Below, in pieces: positions 1 to 8,811 of a stretch of DNA of 64,000 nucleotides. Made by a program: the position numbers and the translations under genes. The stretch is from an uncultured Nitrososphaeraceae archaeon (GTDB lineage: Archaea > Thermoproteota > Nitrososphaeria > Nitrososphaerales > Nitrososphaeraceae). The stretch lies in contig CAVZZA010000005.1 in NCBI GenBank assembly GCA_963779615.1, positions 288,001 through 352,000 of the forward strand, written 5' to 3'. The notes beneath the pieces are model-generated. The model was not told the DNA's origin and did not search any database. It was given only the letters and a program-made list of their open reading frames with translations. Every line of letters starts with the position of its first letter. Position 1 is the stretch's first letter.

Positions 1-799
1 TAACTCAAATTACTGATTTTTTTTTATTAATAAGAATAAAATGTGGCCGGTTTTGTGACAACATCAAAACGAGTCAATGAGGTTACAGAACTGGGATTAA
101 GACATATCCTAAATAGCATATCCAACAGATTTTCAAGAAAAAATCATTCTTTAGGACTGATTTAAGGGAATAAACAAAAACCAAATTTCAAATGATGTCT
201 CAGGTACTCATAATCTTCTTCATAACATATCAATAATCAGACGGCTCTTCGTTGTCATCATTGACACCACCAAGATTTATACAAAAATAAATATATTCTT
301 TTAAATCCAAATAGAGATTCAGGCAGGGTATTTTGCATTATAGGCAATTTTACTTTTAGGACTAGGCAAACTATTGATATGTTGGTACGAAAGAAAAATT
401 CCCATGAGTTATTCAAAACTCGGCAAACTTAAGATTAATTTGTAAGTCAATAAAACAAATAAAATCATAAATAGGCCAGATTTCCGCTTGGATTTCAGAT
501 TATAAAAGCTAATTAAACTCTTAACTATTTGCCCTTTTTCATACTCTTGCGCATAATAGTGATAGTTAATGAGGTGTTTTCTACATTGGTATTAATCAAT
601 ATCATAAATGAAAAGAAAAGTCATGTCCTTTAAATCCAGATTATTTTGACATTGGCGTAAAAACTCACTGCTTAGGCAGAATAGGCGGTGGATGACAAAT
701 ATCATGGAAAAATATTTTAATTTAGAAGGGACAAAAACAGTGATGTCTAGTAACAGACCTAAATGACTAAAAAATTAAAATGAAATTAAAAACATTGTA

Positions 800-959
800 T
801 CCCGCGAGCAGGATTTGCTCCAAAAATAAAGACATTATTTTTTGTTTGAGCCTGCGACTCTTCGGTCACTGCTGGATGTAAGCCCGATAGGCTGATTTTG
901 GTTAGCATTAGTTGCCAACAACTACAGCCGAAAGCTCTACCAGGCTGAGCTACCGCGGG
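800..959 (-). tRNA. tRNA-Tyr(GTA) with two introns (canonical 37/38 at 867-921; T-loop intron at ~815-845)
   Basis: Reverse complement: CCCGCGG acceptor stem pairing with TCGCGGG-A, D-arm TAGCTCAGCCTGGTAGAGC, anticodon arm TTCGG-CT-GTA-G/intron/A-CCGAA, T-arm GCAGG-CTCAA/intron/AT-CCTGC; BHB-like junctions. Confidence 0.92.
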
Positions 960-1059
960 ACACTTAAATTTAAAATTAATTATATATATTCTAATCGTAA
1001 AAATAAAGCTAGTGCTTTAAATTAATTTATATATATTTTCGGCAAAAACAATAAACTAA

Positions 1060-1491
1060 ATGAACTCTAAAATTTTTAAAAAAAAATTCCTCATCCTAAT
1101 TCTATTTCCTGCCATCTTTACATTGATTATATATTTATTGTTTATTTATTCCATAGGTAATCCAACCTTTCATTCTATCGCGCTTTTGCCTGAACAAGCA
1201 TATGTGATAGCTTTACATGAAGTTTATAATCGCTCTTTAAGCGAAATTAACAATATTACCTTTGATGATGTCAAGGATAAATTTACTTATCAATACGTAA
1301 TGATAAAAAATGATGGCACTGTATACCTATTGAATAAAAACAACGATTCTGTCATAAAAACAACAGGTAACACAACCCCCCCAATAACTGACGGCACTCA
1401 TTTTGCGTGGGAAATCAATGTAAACAAGACAAAAATCTTTGTTGATTCGACAAGTGGACAAATTGTTTCCATCTCCGACAAAAAGTCGTAA
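1060..1491 (+). CDS. Hypothetical membrane-anchored protein (PepSY-like C-terminus)
   Basis: 143-aa ORF with N-terminal TM helix; C-terminal WEI...IFVDSTSGQIV resembles the PepSY motif. Confidence 0.6.
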   Translation: MNSKIFKKKFLILILFPAIFTLIIYLLFIYSIGNPTFHSIALLPEQAYVIALHEVYNRSLSEINNITFDDVKDKFTYQYVMIKNDGTVYLLNKNNDSVIKTTGNTTPPITDGTHFAWEINVNKTKIFVDSTSGQIVSISDKKS

Positions 1492-1521
1492 TCGATTGAA
1501 ACGAGGCATAAATCCCACAGC

Positions 1522-2487
1522 TTAGGTGTTTGAAATTATCTTTAGTAAATTGAAGATAAAGTATGAAATAATCTTATCGGCTCCTGCCCTTTTAAGCGAC
1601 ATCAAAGATAACGTGACCCATTCAACCTCATCGAGCCATTTCTTTTCTGCAGCTGCCTTTATCAAAGCATATTCACCCGATACATTTTGGACGACCAATG
1701 GTTTTTCTGAGTATATCTTTACCGCTTTTACAACATCCATATACCAATAAGATGGTTTGATCATTACCCAATCTGCACCTTCGTTAATATCTGATAATAC
1801 CTCCCTCACAGATTCTTGCATATTGGTAAAACTGTTCTGGTATGAAGACTTATCGAAAAAACCGGGTTTAAAAAAATTATTACTTCTAAATGGAGAATAC
1901 AGACAAGAGTTATGCTTGGAGGAAAAACTCATTATTTTTATATTACTAAAATCATTGTTTTCCAATACTTTTTTTAGATAAAGCACTTGTCCATCCATCA
2001 TCGAAGACGGGGCAACATAATCCGTACCAGATTCAGATAAACTCAATGTTATCTTTCCCAATACTTTCAATGTTTCATCATTATCAATTTTGTAACCTTC
2101 CATACCTTTTGAAACAGGATTACTTTTACAAGCATCATTACAATACACACCACAGTGACCTGAGGTATTGTATTGACACACACATACGTCAGAGATAATA
2201 TTTATCCTATCACCAAAATTTTCCTTTATCTTTTTGACTGAAATTTGGGCAACTCCATTTTTGCCAAAAGAGGATGTACCTAGCGAATTCCTTTTAGCTG
2301 GGATGCCAAAAATAAGCATGTTGTATATCTTTAAATCAACCAATTTTTGGACATACCCAGAAATATTTTTAATAAAAACTTTAGATTCGTTCATATATTG
2401 TAGTTTTAAACTATTTTGATAGGTTGTTTCGTTTTCATATATAAAAACTGGAAAAATGAAGTTATCGATATTGTTAAAAATATTCAA
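1522..2487 (-). CDS. hemB: Porphobilinogen synthase (ALA dehydratase)
   Basis: DVCVCQYNTSGHCG Zn site, APSSMMDG, SKHNSCLYSPFR, VMIKPS catalytic lysines, VSGEYALIKAAA. Confidence 0.93.
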   Translation of the reverse strand: MNIFNNIDNFIFPVFIYENETTYQNSLKLQYMNESKVFIKNISGYVQKLVDLKIYNMLIFGIPAKRNSLGTSSFGKNGVAQISVKKIKENFGDRINIISDVCVCQYNTSGHCGVYCNDACKSNPVSKGMEGYKIDNDETLKVLGKITLSLSESGTDYVAPSSMMDGQVLYLKKVLENNDFSNIKIMSFSSKHNSCLYSPFRSNNFFKPGFFDKSSYQNSFTNMQESVREVLSDINEGADWVMIKPSYWYMDVVKAVKIYSEKPLVVQNVSGEYALIKAAAEKKWLDEVEWVTLSLMSLKRAGADKIISYFIFNLLKIISNT

Positions 2488-2523
2488 TAGATTTTTTAAT
2501 GTGCATACTAATTAGTATTAAAT

Positions 2524-3369
2524 TTAACGGTCACTGATTCTATATATCTTGTTGGTGTAGATCTTTACAAATCCTTGTTTCTCGTAAAAAGATAATAAAT
2601 TGTCGCTTTGTAATGTTTGGAGGCCGAAAATCGGATATCCCTGTCTTCTGCCAAAATTGATTGAAAAATTAATGATGTTTGTTGCGACCTTATTGCATCG
2701 ATATTCTTTTTTAGTGCCCAAACAATACAAGGCCATACAGTTTTTATGATGGAATAGAATACCGCAGCCTGCTACATTCTCATGGGCTTCATCTTTAACT
2801 TTTTTCTTAAACAGCACAAAGTCAAATATATTAAACTTATCCTGCAAGATTTTATAAATTAAACCTTCTTTTTTTCCGCTTATCCCAAAAATTGTACAAT
2901 AGGCTTTTACCCACATTTTTAATTCATCATGACTATCAGATATTAGAATTTGAGAGCCATTAAATGGCTTTACCAAAATAGCGGTATTTAGAGTGGAAAA
3001 GTTATAATCAAAAGAGTCGAGATATTGCAAACCAGTCACCTCATCGATTTTTTCAAAGTTCTCTTTTATTAAATATTCTTCTAAAAGAGAATGTTTTGAG
3101 GTTATATGCAAATATAATGTTATTTTTTTCGCATTGGATACATTGGTTAAATCGCGGATTGTTTTTTCAATCTCAAAATTATCATACCGATTAAAATCCA
3201 GATGTTCATTAATGAGGACTCTGTTTAGAAAATAATCATCATTCAAGCCTGCAGTATGTGAGATGAAAAATTTATTTTTAACATTTACCACTTTGGAATG
3301 CCAGCTATTACAAAAACTATTTTCATTTTCTTGCAGTATTTTAATAATACCTGAGTCCAAGAATTTCAA
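2524..3369 (-). CDS. GNAT-family N-acetyltransferase
   Basis: C-terminal LYCLGTKKEYRCNKVA motif A-like and FYEKQGF motif; overlaps the upstream CysRS-like gene by 29 bp. Confidence 0.75.
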   Translation of the reverse strand: MKFLDSGIIKILQENENSFCNSWHSKVVNVKNKFFISHTAGLNDDYFLNRVLINEHLDFNRYDNFEIEKTIRDLTNVSNAKKITLYLHITSKHSLLEEYLIKENFEKIDEVTGLQYLDSFDYNFSTLNTAILVKPFNGSQILISDSHDELKMWVKAYCTIFGISGKKEGLIYKILQDKFNIFDFVLFKKKVKDEAHENVAGCGILFHHKNCMALYCLGTKKEYRCNKVATNIINFSINFGRRQGYPIFGLQTLQSDNLLSFYEKQGFVKIYTNKIYRISDR

Positions 3370-4444
3370 TCATCCTTTTAATCAATTTGGGATTTTGGTA
3401 TTTTTCTATTATTTCCAAAATTAGTGTTATAGACGACTCGGTGTCATAGTCATCATCCACAAATCTTAAAAATTTTTTTATAAATTGTTGTTCCAAATGT
3501 ACATTTTGTTGATGCTCCATGTTTTCGCGCTCCAAAAACACACTTCCAATTATTTTATCTATTTCAGTTGCTTTATCAAGGTCATGAGATGTAAAGTCGA
3601 TATCTTTTTTATAATTTTTTGATAAAAAAAAGATTTTTAGAGCATTGGGGCTGCAGCTTTTTAAAATACTCGAAATGGATATGGTATTACCAGTTGAGTT
3701 AGACATTTTCTCTGAGTTGATATTTAACAAGCCCACATGAATCCACCTTTTTTTTGGATATTTGAGTACAATCTTATTGATTTTTTTTGAGATTTCAGCA
3801 ATAAATTCATGGTGGGGATATAGTAACTCCCTTGCTCCACCATGGATATCATATTCACCATTAAAAACATTTTTTATAGTTTGATAATCCTGAAAATGCC
3901 ATCCTGGGATACCACTCGCTACAATGTCATTAATTTTTTTTAAATATTCTTTATAAAAATTTTCAGAATTCCATATCATAATGTCTCTTTGACTTCTTTT
4001 TCCACAAGAGATATCAACAGGCATGTTCTTGATTTCATCTAAAGTCAGTCCCAATGGACTATCAAGATCTTCATCTATTTTTAGAAAAACATTTCCTGCA
4101 TATGAATATCCTTTTGTTGATTTCAAAATATCAATCACGTCATTTTTAATAACAGATAAAAAGTCAGAAACTCTACTATAAATGAAATTGTTTTCTATTT
4201 GAATGTTTTCCAAATCTCTCAAAAGGCAAGATAAATATATATCTGGAATTTTGAGGTTTGTGGAAACCTTATAACCACCTTTTTGATAAATTTTATGATC
4301 AATGTCGGTTAGCTGCATAACCGCAATAGGCGAATTCCCTATAAACCTATGATAATTAACTAAAAAGTTAAAAAAAATAAAAATTCTTGCATGACCAATA
4401 TGGCATTTTTCATAGAGGGTTGGGCCACAAATAAAAATTTTCAA
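3341..4444 (-). CDS. Cysteinyl-tRNA synthetase-like paralog (truncated, MshC-like architecture)
   Basis: CGPTLY...HIGH, TDIDHKI, GIPGWH, DIHGGARELLYPHHE, KMSNS; only 367 aa, C-terminal anticodon-binding region absent. Confidence 0.85.
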   Translation of the reverse strand: MKIFICGPTLYEKCHIGHARIFIFFNFLVNYHRFIGNSPIAVMQLTDIDHKIYQKGGYKVSTNLKIPDIYLSCLLRDLENIQIENNFIYSRVSDFLSVIKNDVIDILKSTKGYSYAGNVFLKIDEDLDSPLGLTLDEIKNMPVDISCGKRSQRDIMIWNSENFYKEYLKKINDIVASGIPGWHFQDYQTIKNVFNGEYDIHGGARELLYPHHEFIAEISKKINKIVLKYPKKRWIHVGLLNINSEKMSNSTGNTISISSILKSCSPNALKIFFLSKNYKKDIDFTSHDLDKATEIDKIIGSVFLERENMEHQQNVHLEQQFIKKFLRFVDDDYDTESSITLILEIIEKYQNPKLIKRMIEILGLRYY

Positions 4445-4698
4445 ATTTTAATCTATTTGATTCTCATAGAATTTAACTTTATATTTAATACAATATTTAG
4501 GTGAGGGCAAAATCAAAATAACGTATAAAATAAGCATGTTCAAAAAATAAAAAATGAAAAAAGATTAAAAGATTAAGAAAATGACTTTGACAACAGAATG
4601 AATATTTACAACATGATATACAAATATTGCCTTTTTTTTATATATGTTTGATTTAAAATAAAACAATCGTAAATATATTGGCATTTTATAAAAAGATA

Positions 4699-5499
4699 TC
4701 AGTTATGATGGTCACCATCGTTATTTTTATATTGTTTTAAAGTATTAACAATTAAATTTACATCTTCCATATTTTTTGAAAGTCGACCAATTTTGATACA
4801 ATCTCTTATGTCCCTTGACTTTAACCTATTCCAAACTAAATACGCTATACGGCTTGAAACACAAGGTTCAATATTACATTCTTTGGAGAGCAGATGATTT
4901 GTTATTTTTAAAAATTCGTCATAGTTATATTTCTTGAAACACAGGATTAGGAACCTGGACAACAGAGGTGTTAATAACTTTTTTTCATCATTACATGATG
5001 CAAAAACCCAGGTTTTCATAACGGCTTTTCGTGTTTTATCAAATTTTGTTTCGCTTAATATACCCGTTTCCATCAAGCTCAAAAGCGCTGCTTGATCTTT
5101 AAATGGCATGTATTCAATTTCATCAATAATCAAATTCCGAGGCCTATTATTAAATAAATAATCCAGCATACCTGCTTTTGTGCTATGACTTCCCAATGTA
5201 AAATAAGAACGTTGAATCTTCATGCACTCCATTAAAAACAAAGTTTTTGCAGAACCAGGAGGGCCTATCAATAAAATATGTACAGGTAGATGTGATTTGA
5301 TGGCAAATAAAAATATCTTCTTTATGTTATCATAACCAATTATATTTTCAAAAAGAGCGTCATTTGATTGAAAAATTACATTGGGGTCATCCACTTCCAA
5401 AGTTTCAGCATCTGAGGAGTCTCCTTCAAACATGTGTTTTTGATTTTTTCGGGGTTTTTTTTCCCTATTGGTGTAAATATCAGTAACATAATCAAACAT
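4699..5499 (-). CDS. AAA+ ATPase, MCM-core/MoxR-like
   Basis: Walker A GPPGSAKT, STKAG, Walker B LIIDE, LMETG, FASCN sensor-1, LLSRF arginine finger. Confidence 0.8.
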   Translation of the reverse strand: MFDYVTDIYTNREKKPRKNQKHMFEGDSSDAETLEVDDPNVIFQSNDALFENIIGYDNIKKIFLFAIKSHLPVHILLIGPPGSAKTLFLMECMKIQRSYFTLGSHSTKAGMLDYLFNNRPRNLIIDEIEYMPFKDQAALLSLMETGILSETKFDKTRKAVMKTWVFASCNDEKKLLTPLLSRFLILCFKKYNYDEFLKITNHLLSKECNIEPCVSSRIAYLVWNRLKSRDIRDCIKIGRLSKNMEDVNLIVNTLKQYKNNDGDHHN

Positions 5500-5725
5500 A
5501 GGTTATGGATGTAAAGACTAAACTTATAAAACTTATTTTTAATGTTCAAATTTGAAACATAGGTTTTAGTAATAATTATTTAATTGTGTTAACAACTAGT
5601 TATGCATAAGCAATAATATAAAAAAGAACAAAAGTCATAAAATAAAAGGTCTTGCTTCAGTTCTAATTACTAGAAAAATTCCTGAAAACGGTGTAGATAT
5701 TCTAAAATCAAAATATAACATAACA

Positions 5726-6622
5726 ATGAATAACGACGACAGGCCATTTAATAGAAACGAATTAATTGAAAAAGCAAAAAACGTGGATGCAATTTTATGT
5801 GTATTACAGGATAAAATAGATAGAGAAGTTATCGATATTGCTGGGCCCAAGCTAAAGGTAATTAGCACGTATAGCACAGGTTATGAACACATAGATATTG
5901 AAACAGCTAAAAAAAGAGGGATAAAAATAGGTTATACCGGGGACATACTAACAGAAACAACAGCAGATTTAACATTTGGGCTAATATTATGTATAGGGAG
6001 AAGAATAATAGAAGCAGATAAGTTTGTAAGAGAAAAAAAGTGGAGAAACGGGTGGGATCCTCAATTGATGTTAGGAACCGACATCCATAATAAAACTTTG
6101 GGTTTAATAGGCATGGGAAAGATAGGTCAAGCTGTAGCAAAGAGGGCACTTGGATTTGATATGGATATAATATACCATAAAAGAAATAAAGAATTTACAG
6201 GAATAGATAAACATTTAAAGAATAAAGTAGAATACAGCGAATTAAATAAATTACTAGCCATATCAGATTACATAGTAATTACCTGTTCTTTGAATAAAGA
6301 CAGTTATCACCTAATAGACATTAATAAACTAAAAAGCATGAAAAAATCATCGTTTCTAATTAATACCTCGAGGGGCAAAATAATAAAGGAAGATGATTTG
6401 GTTTTTGCATTAAAAAAAAAATATATTGCAGGAGCTGCCTTAGACGTGTTTGAAAAAGAGCCCATAACCAGCAATAACCCTTTAATTAAAATGAATAACG
6501 TTATATTGTTACCTCATATTGGCAGCTCAAGTTATGATACTAGAAGAAGGATGTCTGAAATAGCTGCCACAAATATAATAAACGTGTTGGAGGGTAATGA
6601 AAAAATGGCGCTACTATTGTAA
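5726..6622 (+). CDS. D-2-hydroxyacid dehydrogenase (glyoxylate reductase/D-glycerate dehydrogenase); true start probably upstream
   Basis: STGYEHID, GLIGMGKIG, INTSRG, LDVFEKEP, LPHIGS; frame is open upstream and encodes VLITRKIP. Confidence 0.9.
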   Translation: MNNDDRPFNRNELIEKAKNVDAILCVLQDKIDREVIDIAGPKLKVISTYSTGYEHIDIETAKKRGIKIGYTGDILTETTADLTFGLILCIGRRIIEADKFVREKKWRNGWDPQLMLGTDIHNKTLGLIGMGKIGQAVAKRALGFDMDIIYHKRNKEFTGIDKHLKNKVEYSELNKLLAISDYIVITCSLNKDSYHLIDINKLKSMKKSSFLINTSRGKIIKEDDLVFALKKKYIAGAALDVFEKEPITSNNPLIKMNNVILLPHIGSSSYDTRRRMSEIAATNIINVLEGNEKMALLL

Positions 6623-6674
6623 CAAGTAGAAAAAAAACACAATCAAAAAAAAAATTAGCATGTAATAAAAGGTA

Positions 6675-6953
6675 TCAAAGCCTTTTCGATTGAATTTCAT
6701 CTATGTCTTCCTGATTCCCAACAACACAATTGGTATGGATTTTTTTAATAGGGGTAAAAATAATTTTTCCTTCAGGAATTTGTTTTTCTCTTTGCAAAAA
6801 TCTAAATTTTTCTTCCAAATCTTGCTTATGTTCAGAGCAAGACAGTCCTACCATAAATTTATTGTTTTCAGTATCGTTTATTTCCATAATAAATTCAGGT
6901 GGCAGCGTACATTTTATTTTGTTAATCAGAAATGAACAAGATTCTGGAATCAA
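6675..6953 (-). CDS. Hypothetical small Cys-containing protein
   Basis: 92-aa ORF with coding-like composition, convergent with the dehydrogenase. Confidence 0.6.
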   Translation of the reverse strand: MIPESCSFLINKIKCTLPPEFIMEINDTENNKFMVGLSCSEHKQDLEEKFRFLQREKQIPEGKIIFTPIKKIHTNCVVGNQEDIDEIQSKRL

Positions 6954-7292
6954 CTATAAACACATCCATTATATCTAATTAAAGCTTTTCAATAGATCTT
7001 GGTTTAGACTCTGGCATTATTTTCGATAAGGCTCGGTTTGTTTTTTGGTGAAACAATATGGGGTTAACTAAAATTGAATTTATACAAAATTGCACATATT
7101 TTGCTGGAAAACACTAATTCAGAAATCCAATGGAAAAGATATTTTTTAATGGATAGAGAATTTTCGCATAATGTTTGAATTTGAATAGCAAACACACAAT
7201 TGTTTAATTATTATTTTGTACAGCAATAAAAAAAACAATAACACTGCATTTAAATTGATATAAACCCAAAAAAAATAAAATAAAAAAAATTA

Positions 7293-8792
7293 TTATTTCC
7301 CAGGTAATAACTGAGTTAAATCACCTGGAGAGGCCAGGGTGGCAAAATCTAGAATAGGCCCATACCATATTCCAAATATAACCATAAATCCCGCAGCAAA
7401 TAACAATACGGCAACTATGGACTTGGGCTCCTTCTGCCTGACTCGATTTTCACCATCTTCCATGTACATTTTTCTAATTATCCATACATAATAACCCAAG
7501 GACAATCCGCTATTTAGAATTGCAGCAATGGCAAGGTATGGACCCCACCATATTAGCTGACCGCTATCTATAGCTGCCCCAAACAATAAAAGCTTACTCC
7601 AAAATCCATTCAACGGAGGTATCCCGGCCAAAGCCAATAGGGAAATAGTCATAACTATAGCAGTAATTGGCATCCTATAGCCAAGCCCCTTGTACTTTTC
7701 AATACTGTAACCTGACAAAACTACTATTACCGCAGCAGCTGCTATAAATGCAGCAGATATCATAACTGCATGGTTCATTATATGGAACAATGAGGCCTCG
7801 ATTCCCTGAGCAGAATACAGAGCCACAGCCAAGCCTATAAGCATGTAACCCGCCTGGGAAATACTAGAATAAGCAAGCATTCTCGGCACGCTTTTTTGGG
7901 TCAATGCGCCCAAGTTGCCAAGTGTCATAGTAAAGATGGCGATAATGGCAAGAACAAATGACCATTGTACATTTAGTGCTACTAATCCTATTATTATAAC
8001 CCGGATTGCTGCAGCAAATCCGGCTTTCTTTGTACCTGCTGCAAGGAGAGCCGCAACAGTGGTAGGCGAACCGGAATAAGTATCAGGAAGCCACATGTGA
8101 AATGGCACTAACCCCATTTTAAATCCAAATCCAGCAATAAATAACCCTACTGCCAATAAACCAAAAGGTATTGACTCTGACTTTAAATTGGTTAATGCTA
8201 CTATGGAATCGTAAATATTCGTAGTGCCCGTTATGCCATAAACTATACCCATTGCCAAAATAATAATGGAGGTGGACAATGCACCAAACAAAAAGTATTT
8301 TATAGACGCTTCGTTTGAAACGGGATCCTTCTTGGAAAATGCTGCCAAGGCATAAGTCGGAATTGACATCAACTCCCAGGAAACTAACAACATCACAAAA
8401 TCTGTTGAATAACCGATGAGGATCATTCCTATACTAGATAAAAGTATTAACGAATAATATGCGGCATGATTGCCTTTGTTTTTCATATAACTCCATGAGG
8501 AAGCAGTCACCATCAAGGAAACAATAAGGAAGGCTACTGAGAAAAAAGCTCCAAAGACATCATCGGTAATAACACCATTACTTGCCATAGATAAAGCGGG
8601 AAGAGTTTCCCCAGAGATTACCCTAGTTATTACAATTATTAATGCAAGAAGCAGTGAGCCAAACGCTATACCACTGAAAACTTTGTTTTTTGAGCCTTTC
8701 TCTTTGTTTAATGCATCAATTGTAGGAATTAACAAAGCCACTGACCCCAAAACAATAGTTACTAAAGAAGGGGTTGAAAACAAATCTACCAT
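7293..8792 (-). CDS. nuoN: NADH-quinone oxidoreductase subunit N
   Basis: SWELMSIP, EASIKYF, FKMGLVPFHMWLPD, RMLAYSSI; last gene of the nuo operon. Confidence 0.95.
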   Translation of the reverse strand: MVDLFSTPSLVTIVLGSVALLIPTIDALNKEKGSKNKVFSGIAFGSLLLALIIVITRVISGETLPALSMASNGVITDDVFGAFFSVAFLIVSLMVTASSWSYMKNKGNHAAYYSLILLSSIGMILIGYSTDFVMLLVSWELMSIPTYALAAFSKKDPVSNEASIKYFLFGALSTSIIILAMGIVYGITGTTNIYDSIVALTNLKSESIPFGLLAVGLFIAGFGFKMGLVPFHMWLPDTYSGSPTTVAALLAAGTKKAGFAAAIRVIIIGLVALNVQWSFVLAIIAIFTMTLGNLGALTQKSVPRMLAYSSISQAGYMLIGLAVALYSAQGIEASLFHIMNHAVMISAAFIAAAAVIVVLSGYSIEKYKGLGYRMPITAIVMTISLLALAGIPPLNGFWSKLLLFGAAIDSGQLIWWGPYLAIAAILNSGLSLGYYVWIIRKMYMEDGENRVRQKEPKSIVAVLLFAAGFMVIFGIWYGPILDFATLASPGDLTQLLPGK

Positions 8793-8811
8793 TTTCTATC
8801 ATTACCCCACA

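Noticed and set aside
1-799. Gene-free stretch downstream of the tRNA-Tyr 3' end as a possible integrated-element boundary
   Set aside because: No integrase, att repeat or ORF of 60 aa or more is visible; cannot be judged without the adjacent window
867-921. C/D-box guide RNA or nested intron inside the 55-nt tRNA intron
   Set aside because: No RUGAUGA or CUGA boxes and no second BHB could be built; only two small hairpins
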